From positions 1 to 60,352 of the forward strand of contig CAYVYH010000001.1 in the NCBI GenBank assembly GCA_964455155.1: a stretch of DNA of 60,352 bases. Direction: 5' to 3'. Made by a program: the position numbers and the translations under genes. The notes below the pieces were generated by a model. It had not been told where the DNA came from. It made no database searches and saw nothing but the letters and a program-made list of their open reading frames with translations. Positions 18,796 through 29,066 of this stretch are shown here, piece after piece (within the stretch, counting starts at the first letter, position 1; each line of letters opens with the position of its first letter). The DNA comes from an uncultured Cytophagales bacterium (GTDB lineage Bacteria; Bacteroidota; Bacteroidia; Cytophagales; Amoebophilaceae).

Positions 18796-20013
18796 ATGTA
18801 TGACCATCTTAAGGATACAATAAAGGGGATGGCGAAGGCGCAGCGTGCTACACTCATTAATATTAGGAGGCACCTTCATATGCATCCGGAACTTTCTTTC
18901 CAAGAGTTTAAGACGGCCAAGTTCATCGCCCAAACCTTGAACGCATACAACATTGCTTGTCAAGAGGGAGTTGCTAAGACAGGCTTGGTAGCTTTGATTA
19001 AAGGAAGAAATCCAGACAAAGCCACGGTAGCACTGAGAGCAGACATAGATGCACTGCCCATTGATGAGGCCAACAACGTCCCCTACAAGTCACAAAACGT
19101 AGGGGTAATGCATGCCTGTGGCCACGATGTGCACACTGCTTCTCTGATTGGGGTTGCGCAGCTATTGGGGGGTCTTAAAGAAGCATTTGAAGGCACAATC
19201 AAGCTTATTTTTCAACCAGCAGAAGAAAAAAATCCAGGAGGAGCCCTCTCCATGATTCAAGAAGGCGTACTAGAGTGCCCTAGGCCTATGAGCATCATGG
19301 GACAGCATGTAGATCCCAGTATTCCTGTGGGTAAGGTGGGTTTTGTGCAAGGTATCATGCTGGGCAGTTCAGATGAGATTTACATTACTGTCAAAGGAAA
19401 GGGGGGACATGCTGCTTCTCCGCAATATGCTGTAGACCCCATCCTTATTGCCTCTCATATTATTATAGCACTACAGCAGCTCGTTAGCAGATTCTGCAAT
19501 CCTACGGTTTCTTCTGTACTTTCCCTTTGTCAAATAAGTTCCGGTGCAACCACTAATTTTATTCCAGAAACAGTACAAATAGCTGGTACATTCCGTACCG
19601 CAGATGAACGGTGGCGTGAAGAAGCACATCAGAAGATGGTTAAGATAGCTTGCGGAGTTGCTGATGCAATGGGAGGTCGTTGCGAGCTGGATATTAACCG
19701 GGGCTATCCTTGTCTGAGCAATGACTCAGCGTTGACTCAAAGAAATATAGAAGCTGCTAGAGCCTTTTTAGGTACTGCTCAAGTAGTTGACGTCGAACGG
19801 CGCATGTGGGCCGAAGATTTTGCGTATTACGCCCAAAAAGTCCCTGCTTGTTTTTATTACCTTGGTGTGCAAAACAGTGCGCGGTTCGGGAATGTCCATA
19901 TACACACCCCTACCTTCAATGTGGACGAAGCAGCGCTAGAATTAGGCTCAGGACTCATGGCGTGGTTGGCATTAAAGGAACTGGAAGTGTGCGGACGTAT
20001 TAGCAGCCAGTGA
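18796..20013 (+). CDS. M20D-family amidohydrolase (N-acyl-amino-acid / N-acyl-diaminopimelate deacylase type)
   Basis: Motifs HMHPELSFQE, MHACGHDVH and FQPAEEK. At 405 aa it has typical M20D length and layout. Confidence 0.88.
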   Translation: MYDHLKDTIKGMAKAQRATLINIRRHLHMHPELSFQEFKTAKFIAQTLNAYNIACQEGVAKTGLVALIKGRNPDKATVALRADIDALPIDEANNVPYKSQNVGVMHACGHDVHTASLIGVAQLLGGLKEAFEGTIKLIFQPAEEKNPGGALSMIQEGVLECPRPMSIMGQHVDPSIPVGKVGFVQGIMLGSSDEIYITVKGKGGHAASPQYAVDPILIASHIIIALQQLVSRFCNPTVSSVLSLCQISSGATTNFIPETVQIAGTFRTADERWREEAHQKMVKIACGVADAMGGRCELDINRGYPCLSNDSALTQRNIEAARAFLGTAQVVDVERRMWAEDFAYYAQKVPACFYYLGVQNSARFGNVHIHTPTFNVDEAALELGSGLMAWLALKELEVCGRISSQ

Positions 20014-20330
20014 GGCTCAAATCTTGTACAAGTAATGCGTGCTTAGGGGGCTTGCTGGCTGGGCCTGCCTGTAATGGCCATCGAACGAGTCGAAGCTTAC
20101 ATATCTATCGTTGAACATGAGACATCCAGGGGACACTGCATCAGGTACTTGGGGATAATTCGAAGTGTAATCTTGCCCCCCTTGCTGCGCCGACTAGTAG
20201 GCTGTGGGGTATTGATTCATTGACTACTATTGCTTTTGGCCCCGCTACAAGCACGATTGCTGGATAGTTATGCGCTCTATTTGGCTCAGAATACGTAAAT
20301 TTAGCCTTTCCCACCACCAAAAAAGCAAGT

Positions 20331-22790
20331 ATGGCTACAGAAGCACAGGGAAATATTATCCCTATCAACATAGAAGATGAGATGAGGGGAGCCTACATCG
20401 ACTATTCGATGTCGGTCATTATTGCTAGAGCGTTGCCCGATGTACGTGATGGCCTTAAACCTGTGCACAGAAGGGTTTTGTATGGCATGCACGACCTAGG
20501 ACTGAGTGCTAACAAACCTTTTAAGAAAGCGGCCAGGATTGTGGGGGAAGTATTGGGTAAATACCACCCGCACGGAGATAGTTCTGTCTACGATGCCATG
20601 GTCAGGATGGCGCAAGAGTGGTCGTTGCGTTACCCCTTGGTTGGAGGACAGGGCAACTTTGGTTCTATAGATGGAGATGCGCCGGCAGCTATGCGTTATA
20701 CAGAGGTACGTCTGGCACGCCCGGCTGAAGAGTTATTGATGGATCTTGGTAAGGACACGGTCGACTTCCGTCCTAACTTTGATGATTCATTGCAAGAACC
20801 CGTAGTCTTGCCCGCCAAGCTTCCTAACCTACTCATCAATGGCTCTTCGGGTATTGCTGTAGGAATGGCTACCAACATGCCTCCACACAATCTCAGAGAG
20901 GTTGTTAGTGGTATCATCGCCTATATTGATGACAACAATATTACCATCGAGGGATTAATGCAGCACATTACGGGACCTGACTTCCCTACTGGTGGCATTA
21001 TCTGTGGCTATCGAGGTATCAAAGAAGCTTATGAGACGGGTAGGGGCAGGGTGGTGGTGAGAGCTCAAACAGATATCGAAACGGCTAGTTCAGGCAAGCA
21101 ACAAATTGTTGTGACCTCCATTCCCTATATGGTCAATAAATCGATGATGATTGAGAAGACTGCTCAACTCATTAATGAGAAAAAGATAGAGGGAATTTCA
21201 GACATCAGAGATGAGTCGGATAAGGATGGGTTGCGTGTAGTATATGAACTGAAAAGGGATGCACTGGCTAATGTGGTACTCAATAATCTATATCAACAAA
21301 CCGCACTGCAGACTTCTTTTGGAGTGAACAATGTTGCGTTGGTAGCAGGTAGGCCGCAACTACTCAATCTCAAAGAGCTCATCCAGCATTTTGTATCGCA
21401 TCGGCATGAGGTGCTTACCCGGAAAACGCAGTATGAGCTCAAACAAGCAGAGAAGAGGTTACACATCTTGGCAGGGTACTTGATCGCGCTAGATAATTTA
21501 GATCGTGTTATTGCGCTAATTCGCTCTTCGGAAGACCCCGAAAAAGCCAAAGAAGGTCTGATACAAGGTTATAACCTTAGTGAAATACAAGCGAGAGCTA
21601 TTCTGGATATGCGCCTACAGCGTCTCACCGGCCTGGAGCGGGACAAGGTTGCTAATGAGCATGAGAAAGTACAACAGCTTATCGAACAGTTTCAAGCCAT
21701 TCTAGCTGATAGAGCACTACGCATGCAACTGATCAAAGAGGAATTAGAAAACATGAGAGAGCTTTATGGCGACGATCGCAGAACAACCATTGAACACGAC
21801 GTTGATGAGCTAACTATTGAAGACATGATGCCTGATGAGGAGATGGTTATTACTATCTCTAACGAAGGCTACATCAAAAGGACACCGCTAGCAGACTACA
21901 GAACACAGGGGAGGGGAGGTGTAGGGGCACGTGGTGCTACGACCAAGCAGGACGATTTTACCGCACATTTATTTGTAGCCTCTTTGCACAATTACCTACT
22001 TATCTTTACGGAGTTTGGACAGGTGTACTGGAAGAGGGTTTATACAATTCCAGAAGGCAGTAAGACGGCCAAAGGCCGGGCTATTCAGAACCTGATTAAC
22101 ATAGCGCCAGGTGATCAGGTGAAAAGTATCATCAAAGTCAGGAGCCTAGAGGATACGGATTATGTAGAAAATCACTATGTGACCATGTGTACCGAGCAAG
22201 GTACTATCAAAAAAACCCCTCTGGCTGCTTATGCCAAGCCACGTGTCAATGGCATCTATGCTATTCGTATCAATGCAGGCGATAGGTTACTTGAGGCAAA
22301 GCTCACCGATGGGAATAGCCATATTATTATGGCCCTGAAATCAGGCAGGGCTATTCGCTTTCATGAGCAGGACGTACGGCCTATGGGTAGGGTAGCTGCA
22401 GGTGTGAGGGGTATTACGCTAGCTGGTGACGAGGATCGGGTGGTAGGATTGGTAAGTATCCATCAAGCCCAGGATGATCTGTTGGTAGTATCTGAGAGAG
22501 GCTTTGGCAAGCGTTCTGCCATAGAGGACTATCGCATTACCAAACGCGGGGGAAGGGGTATCAAGACACTGCAAGTCACAGAAAAAACGGGCGCGTTGGT
22601 GGACATCAAGGCAGTGAAAGATACAGACGAGCTTATGATTATTAACCAGTCAGGGATTACCATTCGCATCGCTGTAGCAACCTTGCGTGTGATGGGCCGG
22701 GCTACACAGGGAGTGCGCTTGATTCGGTTGGAGAAAGGAGATATAATTTCCTCGGTAGCCAAAGTAGAGAACAGTGATCTTACTACCTGA
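20331..22790 (+). CDS. gyrA: DNA gyrase subunit A
   Basis: [20 protein letters not shown] (QRDR), AAMRYTE (active-site Tyr), and C-terminal beta-pinwheel repeats including the GyrA-box-like [10 protein letters not shown]. Confidence 0.97.
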   Translation: MATEAQGNIIPINIEDEMRGAYIDYSMSVIIARALPDVRDGLKPVHRRVLYGMHDLGLSANKPFKKAARIVGEVLGKYHPHGDSSVYDAMVRMAQEWSLRYPLVGGQGNFGSIDGDAPAAMRYTEVRLARPAEELLMDLGKDTVDFRPNFDDSLQEPVVLPAKLPNLLINGSSGIAVGMATNMPPHNLREVVSGIIAYIDDNNITIEGLMQHITGPDFPTGGIICGYRGIKEAYETGRGRVVVRAQTDIETASSGKQQIVVTSIPYMVNKSMMIEKTAQLINEKKIEGISDIRDESDKDGLRVVYELKRDALANVVLNNLYQQTALQTSFGVNNVALVAGRPQLLNLKELIQHFVSHRHEVLTRKTQYELKQAEKRLHILAGYLIALDNLDRVIALIRSSEDPEKAKEGLIQGYNLSEIQARAILDMRLQRLTGLERDKVANEHEKVQQLIEQFQAILADRALRMQLIKEELENMRELYGDDRRTTIEHDVDELTIEDMMPDEEMVITISNEGYIKRTPLADYRTQGRGGVGARGATTKQDDFTAHLFVASLHNYLLIFTEFGQVYWKRVYTIPEGSKTAKGRAIQNLINIAPGDQVKSIIKVRSLEDTDYVENHYVTMCTEQGTIKKTPLAAYAKPRVNGIYAIRINAGDRLLEAKLTDGNSHIIMALKSGRAIRFHEQDVRPMGRVAAGVRGITLAGDEDRVVGLVSIHQAQDDLLVVSERGFGKRSAIEDYRITKRGGRGIKTLQVTEKTGALVDIKAVKDTDELMIINQSGITIRIAVATLRVMGRATQGVRLIRLEKGDIISSVAKVENSDLTT

Positions 22791-22893
22791 TTAGGTATTT
22801 TTCTGATATTTCGTGTATTTCCGTGGTATCAACTTTGGGACTGCACGTGCTGTGCCTCACGGCATGTATAGGCCTTTGACAGCGGTCTCATGT

Positions 22894-23712
22894 CTAAATA
22901 CCGATATTGTAGTCTCTCAACGCGTCGTTGAGAGAAACTTTGCGTTCAGTTTTGTCGGTTCTTTGGCCGATAATCAAGGCACAGGGTACATGGTAGCGGC
23001 CTGCAGGGAATTGTTTGGGTAGTGTCCCTGGTATTACTAAGGACCTTTCGGGGATGTAGCCTCGATATTCTTTAGGGCTATCTTTTTGAGTGACATCAAT
23101 AATTCTTGTGCTAGCCGTTAGCGTTACGTTAGCCCCAATCACTGCTTCTCGCTGCACATGCATTCCCTCCACAATCGAACATCGAGAACCAATAAATACA
23201 CCATCTTCGATGATGACTGGTGTTGCTTGAACAGGCTCTAAAACACCACCTATAGTAGTGCCCGCACTGACATGGATATGCTTACCTAACTGGGCACAGC
23301 TTCCTACTACCGCGCCTATATCTACCATGGTACCTTCATCGATGTAGGCCCCGATATTTACATAAGAAGCCATAAGTATGACACCACGCTGTAGAAAAGA
23401 GCCATACCTGGCCGCTGCAGGAGGTACTACCCGCACATCTAGGTCTTTAAAGTTTTGCTTTAGCGGAATCTTATCATAAAAGACTAGCGGGCCTGCCGTA
23501 TGTACTTCCATATTTCGAATTAGAAAGTACAGAACTACTGCTTTCTTAGCCCAGTCATTGACTTGCCAACCTATTTTGCTGGGCGTAGCCACCCTTTGCT
23601 TACCTTGATCCAGCGCATCAATGACTGACTCAATGGCTGCCTGTACTTCTTTTTTTCGTAGGATGGTCCTGTCTTCCCAAGCCTCTTCAATCATCTTGAT
23701 GCGTGATTCCAT
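22894..23712 (-). CDS. dapD: 2,3,4,5-tetrahydropyridine-2,6-dicarboxylate N-succinyltransferase
   Basis: 272 aa with a DapD-type N-terminal helical domain and hexapeptide beta-helix (YVNIGAYIDEGTMVDIGAVVGSCAQLGKHIHVSAG). Confidence 0.88.
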   Translation of the reverse strand: MESRIKMIEEAWEDRTILRKKEVQAAIESVIDALDQGKQRVATPSKIGWQVNDWAKKAVVLYFLIRNMEVHTAGPLVFYDKIPLKQNFKDLDVRVVPPAAARYGSFLQRGVILMASYVNIGAYIDEGTMVDIGAVVGSCAQLGKHIHVSAGTTIGGVLEPVQATPVIIEDGVFIGSRCSIVEGMHVQREAVIGANVTLTASTRIIDVTQKDSPKEYRGYIPERSLVIPGTLPKQFPAGRYHVPCALIIGQRTDKTERKVSLNDALRDYNIGI

Positions 23713-24169
23713 TCGTGCAATACTTTAAAGTTGGAGTGGAATTTCGGCAATTACCAACAGGTTAACAACTGCACGAAAGCTAACGCTTCATCAGAAATCT
23801 TGATGTACTTTTTTCTTAAGTCAGTTTCTTGGCTCGTTTTTAAGTCCTTTTTCTTCCCTTGGGCAGTTACATCGCAGAGCAAGTGCTACTTAAAAAGCGG
23901 CTTTGCAGCCCTTTTATAATCATATCGCATGACGTAGCCTCCTTATTGAAGTTCCAAAAGCATTGATTATAGCTAACTAAAACATTAATTTTAACAGCAT
24001 AACTATCTGATAAAGAATGGGTTATAAAACTATTACGAATAATATTTGGTGCGTGTGTCCACAAATTATCTAGACATGTTATCGAGCGATGCACCTTTGT
24101 CATGGCCCCCACGAGCGAGGCAACCAAGATGACAGATTTCCCGACTCTATTTTTAGATGGATTAAAATT

Positions 24170-24193
24170 TACTTTTAAGTAAGCTTAAAAGTA
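24170..24193. promoter_or_regulatory. candidate DtxR/MntR-type operator (10-4-10 palindrome)
   Basis: tacttttaag-taag-cttaaaagta. AT-rich perfect 10-bp arms, 36 nt upstream of the DtxR-family regulator ATG that heads the metal-uptake operon. Confidence 0.35.
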
Positions 24194-24228
24194 GTAACTT
24201 TCGCGTCCTGTAAATAAAAACGCGGCAA

Positions 24229-24888
24229 ATGCACGTCAGCTACACAGAAGAGGACTATCTCAAGGTCATTTACCAGTATGTTACAAACGGAACAAAGGCA
24301 ATGCCCACCAATGCCATTGCAGACGCTTTAAATACTAGTGCTGCGGCGGTAACGGATATGCTGCAGAAGCTACACGAAAAAGATCTTGTGATCTATCAGA
24401 AATATCGGGGTGTGAATATTTCAGAGAAAGGCAAAGTCCATGCGCTGCAGGTCATTCGCAAACATCTGTTATGGGAAGTATTTCTTGTAGAGAAGCTCAA
24501 GTTTGGTTGGGACGAAGTACATGCTATCGCGGAACAGCTCGAACACATACAATCTTCTTCGCTTATACAGCGGCTCGACGACTTTTTAGGAAATCCATCG
24601 TACAGTCCCCATGGGAAAGCTATTCCTGATGCCCATGGAGCGTATGCTCACAAGGTCAAGAGTGTGCTGACAAATATGGAAACAGGTAGTAGTGGCATTG
24701 TCCTTGCTGTTCAAGATAGCACGCCCCCGTTCTTACAATACCTTAGCAAGCGGGGTATCTACCTAGGGGCCAAAATCAGTGTGATTGAGAAGATTGCCTT
24801 TGATCAATCCATGGATATCAGTGTGGATCATCTACCCAAGGTTAATATATCTCAGAAAGTCAGTGACAACATTTTAATCACTTATTAA
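24229..24888 (+). CDS. DtxR/MntR-family metal-dependent transcriptional regulator with C-terminal FeoA/SH3-like domain
   Basis: wHTH (NAIADALNTSAAAVTDMLQKL), RKHLLWEVFL, a metal-site segment VHAIAEQLEHI, and a FeoA-like tail. Confidence 0.9.
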   Translation: MHVSYTEEDYLKVIYQYVTNGTKAMPTNAIADALNTSAAAVTDMLQKLHEKDLVIYQKYRGVNISEKGKVHALQVIRKHLLWEVFLVEKLKFGWDEVHAIAEQLEHIQSSSLIQRLDDFLGNPSYSPHGKAIPDAHGAYAHKVKSVLTNMETGSSGIVLAVQDSTPPFLQYLSKRGIYLGAKISVIEKIAFDQSMDISVDHLPKVNISQKVSDNILITY

Positions 24889-24905
24889 ACCCGCTAGAGA
24901 AAACT

Positions 24906-25844
24906 ATGAACATTGTAATACGCCCCTTGCTTGGCATCTTTAAGAGATATCGCCATATAATAATGTTGATCGTCTGTTGTTGGATGGGTTGTGATCATGA
25001 TTCAAAGAGTCGTTTTACGGTGGTAGCTACTACTGGTTTTATTGGAGATGCAGTGAGAAATATTGTCCAAGACCATGCAGAAGTAATTACCCTCATGGGA
25101 GCTGGAGTGGACCCGCATGCATACAAGGCGACACAGCAGGATGTAAAATGGTTACTCAATGCAGACATTGTTTTTTACAACGGATTTCATCTAGAGGGGA
25201 AAATGGCTGATATTTTGCACAAGCTTAGCAAAAAAAAGCCAGTGTATGCAGCAGGAGAGGCTGTAACACCCGCTCAGCAGCTGGTAGATCCTGGTTTTTC
25301 TATAGGCATAGACCCTCACATTTGGTTTGATGTATGTTTGTGGAAACAGGTTGTGCAGCATATGAGTAATCAGCTGCAAGCTGCAGATCCTCAAGCAGCT
25401 GCTCACTACAGAAAAAATACAGATCGCTACCTGCGCGAACTGGACGAACTGCACGAAGAGACCCTACATGCTATTCAACAAATAGCACATTCGCAACGTG
25501 TACTCATTACAGCTCATGATGCTTTTGGGTACTTTGGTCGCGCTTATGGTATGGAAGTACGAGGGTTGCAGGGTATTTCTACTGTATCGGAGTGTGGTCT
25601 TAAAGATGTGACTGATTTGGTTAAGTTTATTATTCAAAGGAATGTAAAGGCTATATTTTTAGAAACATCTGTGCCAGAGAGACCGCTGCAAGCGGTAGTA
25701 GAAGGCTGTAGAAAGCGTGGTCACCAGATAGCTGTGGGGGGGTATTTGTACTCTGATGCACTAGGCCAGGCGGGCACACCCGAAGGCAGCTACTGCGGAA
25801 TGTTCCGAGCTAATGTGCAAACCATTGTTAACGCATTGAAGTAA
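24906..25844 (+). CDS. metal (Mn/Zn/Fe) ABC transporter substrate-binding lipoprotein (cluster A-I, TroA/PsaA/ZnuA type)
   Basis: Lipobox-like WMGC, then VVATTGFIGDAVRNI, GAGVDPHAYKAT and IDPHIWFD, typical of this family. Confidence 0.9.
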   Translation: MNIVIRPLLGIFKRYRHIIMLIVCCWMGCDHDSKSRFTVVATTGFIGDAVRNIVQDHAEVITLMGAGVDPHAYKATQQDVKWLLNADIVFYNGFHLEGKMADILHKLSKKKPVYAAGEAVTPAQQLVDPGFSIGIDPHIWFDVCLWKQVVQHMSNQLQAADPQAAAHYRKNTDRYLRELDELHEETLHAIQQIAHSQRVLITAHDAFGYFGRAYGMEVRGLQGISTVSECGLKDVTDLVKFIIQRNVKAIFLETSVPERPLQAVVEGCRKRGHQIAVGGYLYSDALGQAGTPEGSYCGMFRANVQTIVNALK

Positions 25845-26635
25845 TGATTCAGCGAGCCGACAATCCTGTTGTGGAAATACACGACTTAACAGCTTCCTAC
25901 TACAAAAAACCAGTGTTGTGGGATATTAATCTCTGTTTGCCTCAAGGCAACGTCATTGGCATCATCGGGCCCAACGGGGCTGGCAAATCTACTTTGCTTA
26001 AGGCCATCATGGGACTGGTGGTACCAGACAGTGGCTACATCAAGCTATTTGGCAAATCACTTGATGAGGTGAGAAAGCAAGTGAGCTATGTCCCTCAAAA
26101 AGAGTCTGTAGACTGGGACTTTCCTGCCTCTGTGCTTGATGTGGTTGTGATGGGGCGGTATGCCCAACTGGGTCTTTTTCAACGACCCAAGAAGTTGGAT
26201 CAAAAGAAGGCGTTGGCATGCCTCAATAAAGTGGGTATGGAGCCATTGGCCCATCGGCAGATAGCCCAGTTGTCAGGTGGCCAGCAGCAACGGGTATTTT
26301 TAGCCAGAGCGTTGGCGCAAGAAGCCCAACTGTATTTGATGGATGAACCCTTTGTAGGAGTTGATGTAGCCACAGAGGAGATGATTGTTGACCTGCTGCA
26401 AACCATGGCACGCGAAGGTAAAACCATCATCGTTGTGCACCATGATCTCCAGTCTGCTGTACAATACTTTGACTGGAGTATGCTCCTCAACATGCGTATG
26501 GTGGCTGTTGGGCCTACCCAGGACGTATTAACGCCTGCCTTGCTTCAAGAGACCTATGGGGGAAAGCTGACTATCTTGAGCAAAATCAGTGATCTACTTA
26601 AAGAACAGGAAGTCTCGCCCCGAGAGCTAACCTAG
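25844..26635 (+). CDS. metal ABC transporter ATP-binding protein
   Basis: Walker A GPNGAGKST, signature LSGGQQQRV and Walker B LYLMDEPFVGVD. Its start overlaps the SBP stop. Confidence 0.92.
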   Translation: MIQRADNPVVEIHDLTASYYKKPVLWDINLCLPQGNVIGIIGPNGAGKSTLLKAIMGLVVPDSGYIKLFGKSLDEVRKQVSYVPQKESVDWDFPASVLDVVVMGRYAQLGLFQRPKKLDQKKALACLNKVGMEPLAHRQIAQLSGGQQQRVFLARALAQEAQLYLMDEPFVGVDVATEEMIVDLLQTMAREGKTIIVVHHDLQSAVQYFDWSMLLNMRMVAVGPTQDVLTPALLQETYGGKLTILSKISDLLKEQEVSPRELT

Positions 26636-26642
26636 CTGGCGT

Positions 26643-27986
26643 ATGCAACAAGCCCTTGCTGAGTTTTTTTCTTTTTCGGATCCCAATATTAGGTATGTGG
26701 TATTAGGCACCTTATTGCTCACGGGAAGCGCTGCTGTGATTGGCTCCTTTGCTTTGCTCAGAAAAAAAGTGCTCGTAGGCGATGCCGTTGCACACGCCGT
26801 GCTGCCTGGTGTGTGTTTGGCTTTTATTGTAACAGGTACCAAGCACCCTGTCCCACTATCATTGGGCGCATTCATAGCGGGTTGGCTGGCTCTAATACTG
26901 ATTGACCAGATCACAAGCCGGTCCAAAATCAAAGAAGACACTGCCATTGCCTTGGTACTCTCTGTCACTTTTGGGCTGGGTATCTTGCTCCTAACCGCCA
27001 TCCAACACACAGGCAATGCAGAGCAAGTAGGATTGAGTAATTTCTTGTTTGGCAAAGCAGCCGCACTAGTCAGTGATGACTTAAAGACCTTAGCGTTACT
27101 TGGCCTGATGCTAGTCACCACCGTCTTACTCTTTTTCAAAGAATTTACGTTGGTGGCTTTTGACAAAGCTTTTGCCCAGGCCAGTGGCTTGCCCGTTCGA
27201 CGTCTTGAGCTTCTACTCACCAGTCTTACGGTGCTGGCTATTGTGGTAGGCATTCGTGCTGTAGGCATCTTGCTCATGGCTGTCATGCTCATTACCCCAC
27301 CGGCTGCAGCACGTTTCTGGACCAACCACCTTCCTACGATGGTGTTCTTAGCCGCTGTACTAGGCATGATGGCTGGGTTGGCAGGTTCTTTTGTTTCTTA
27401 CGTGGCCCCAGCGATGCCCACAGGTCCTTGGATTGTCATGACTATTTCTGTGATTGCCTATGGATCGTTTCTCCTGGCTCCCCGCAAGGGCTTACTCGCA
27501 CGAAGAATACAACAACACAGGCATCAACAAAAAACTCTGACTGAAAATATCCTTAAGCTTTTTTATGAGCTTAGTGTAACAGAGGGGCACGTAGGCACAA
27601 AAAAAACACTCCACGATCTCTTGCAGTATAGGAATATGTCCACCAGCAGACTTGTGGCGGGACTCAAGCGCTTGCAAAAACAAAAGATGCTGCAACAAGA
27701 GGGCGCAGAGTGGCACTTGACTGTCGCAGGTGGCCACAAAGGGAAAGAAATAAGCCAGCGCCACCACCTTTGGGAGCTGTACCTGACGCAATATCTAAAA
27801 ATAAAACCTGACCACACACACGAAGATGCAGAGTCCATCGAACACATCATCACGCCTGCACTGGCAGAGGAGTTGCACCGTCTTGTGAAGTTGCCTTTAA
27901 AGGGTAACCCAACAGTACAGCGTACGTTTGACACCTGCGAGGATACTAACCAAGGACAACCGGAAAAAACTCCTGCAGAGGAATAG
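26643..27986 (+). CDS. metal ABC transporter permease (ABC-3 family) fused to a C-terminal DtxR-like wHTH/metal-binding module
   Basis: About 280 aa of ABC-3-type TM helices. Residues ~290-420 then resemble DtxR: ...MSTSRLVAGLKRLQKQKML..., RHHLWELYLTQYL and HEDAESIEHII. Confidence 0.85.
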   Translation: MQQALAEFFSFSDPNIRYVVLGTLLLTGSAAVIGSFALLRKKVLVGDAVAHAVLPGVCLAFIVTGTKHPVPLSLGAFIAGWLALILIDQITSRSKIKEDTAIALVLSVTFGLGILLLTAIQHTGNAEQVGLSNFLFGKAAALVSDDLKTLALLGLMLVTTVLLFFKEFTLVAFDKAFAQASGLPVRRLELLLTSLTVLAIVVGIRAVGILLMAVMLITPPAAARFWTNHLPTMVFLAAVLGMMAGLAGSFVSYVAPAMPTGPWIVMTISVIAYGSFLLAPRKGLLARRIQQHRHQQKTLTENILKLFYELSVTEGHVGTKKTLHDLLQYRNMSTSRLVAGLKRLQKQKMLQQEGAEWHLTVAGGHKGKEISQRHHLWELYLTQYLKIKPDHTHEDAESIEHIITPALAEELHRLVKLPLKGNPTVQRTFDTCEDTNQGQPEKTPAEE

Positions 27987-28161
27987 CGGTTAGATTTTTC
28001 GATCGATCCAGTGAAAGATACAAACCTGCAATAAGTCCTGTGTAAGCTCAAAAAGGAACTATCAAAGATTGATGCCACAGAACACAAAAAGTCTATGAGT
28101 GCCTGCTGATTGTGGTGCAAAGGGATAAATTGTTTCACTCAACAAGGGCCATGTCCACTTG

Positions 28162-28731
28162 CTACCACACTCCTTGCGTTGGGTACTTGCCTACTTTGTG
28201 CCTGTAAAAGGCCTGTATCTGCTCCAGATCACGGTCGTAGTGACCTGTAGGGTAGAGCATAGGTCCAAAACCAATGTGTTTCTGTTTATAGTCTATGTAG
28301 CTAAGTACAAGGGGCACGTTAGCCTGCGATGCTATGTAATAGAAGCCTCGTCTCCACCGCTTGACACGGCTTCTGGTTCCTTCTGGTGCAATGATCAGCA
28401 TCAGGGAATCTTGCCGTTGAAGCATAGCAGTCATAGTTTGAACCATGCCGGTTTCTCCGGCAGATTCACTTTTCTTTTTCCTGTCAATAGGAATAGCCCC
28501 CATCCACTTAAGTATCGGGCCCACAGGGAAAAACATTGCCTCTTTTTTGATAGCAAATTTGATAGGCAATTGCTTGACAAAACAGAATAGCAGCCCGTAG
28601 AAGCCATCCCAATTACTAGTATGAGGCGCTACTACAAGCACTGCTTTCTTGATATTTTTCGGAATGTCTCCCATGAGCTTCCAGCCAAGGAGACGAAAAA
28701 GTTGTAAAGAAAGCCAGCGCAGCACTTTCAT
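28162..28731 (-). CDS. lysophospholipid (1-acyl-sn-glycerol-3-phosphate) acyltransferase family protein
   Basis: HX4D motif in VVAPHTSNWDG, plus IAPEGTRS (block III). Confidence 0.85.
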   Translation of the reverse strand: MKVLRWLSLQLFRLLGWKLMGDIPKNIKKAVLVVAPHTSNWDGFYGLLFCFVKQLPIKFAIKKEAMFFPVGPILKWMGAIPIDRKKKSESAGETGMVQTMTAMLQRQDSLMLIIAPEGTRSRVKRWRRGFYYIASQANVPLVLSYIDYKQKHIGFGPMLYPTGHYDRDLEQIQAFYRHKVGKYPTQGVW

Positions 28732-29066
28732 GGTTAGTAGCCTAAATAAACATTGCGAAAAGTATGCTCACGATGAGCCTGCTAATTTTAGTAAAAAATA
28801 GGGTTTAAATAAATATTCCTTATCCCGAGACTATAGGCAAGCACCATTTGTTCTGCTGAAGGGGGGGAAGTATCACCTTGTGCTATTGCTATACCTAGGT
28901 CTAGGTGTGTCTTTTCCGTGATTTTGGGAGTAGCGAGCAACTGCTTCAGTAGGTCCTTTTTATGTGAGAGAATAACTAGTCAACACTTTTCCCAGCAGCT
29001 TACATCTCTTTGTAAGTTGGTACATACTCCCCTAATTTCGTCTTCTAGATAAAAATCAAATAAATA

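Noticed and set aside
26627-27367. 246-aa ORF antisense to the metal ABC permease. The overlapping 191-aa antisense ORF 27563..28138 belongs to the same observation.
   Set aside because: The sense frame has clear ABC-3 and DtxR-like family features. The antisense products are Ala/Ser/Thr/Lys-rich, which is typical of open mirror frames opposite TM-rich genes, and they have no recognisable motif. No room for a second gene.
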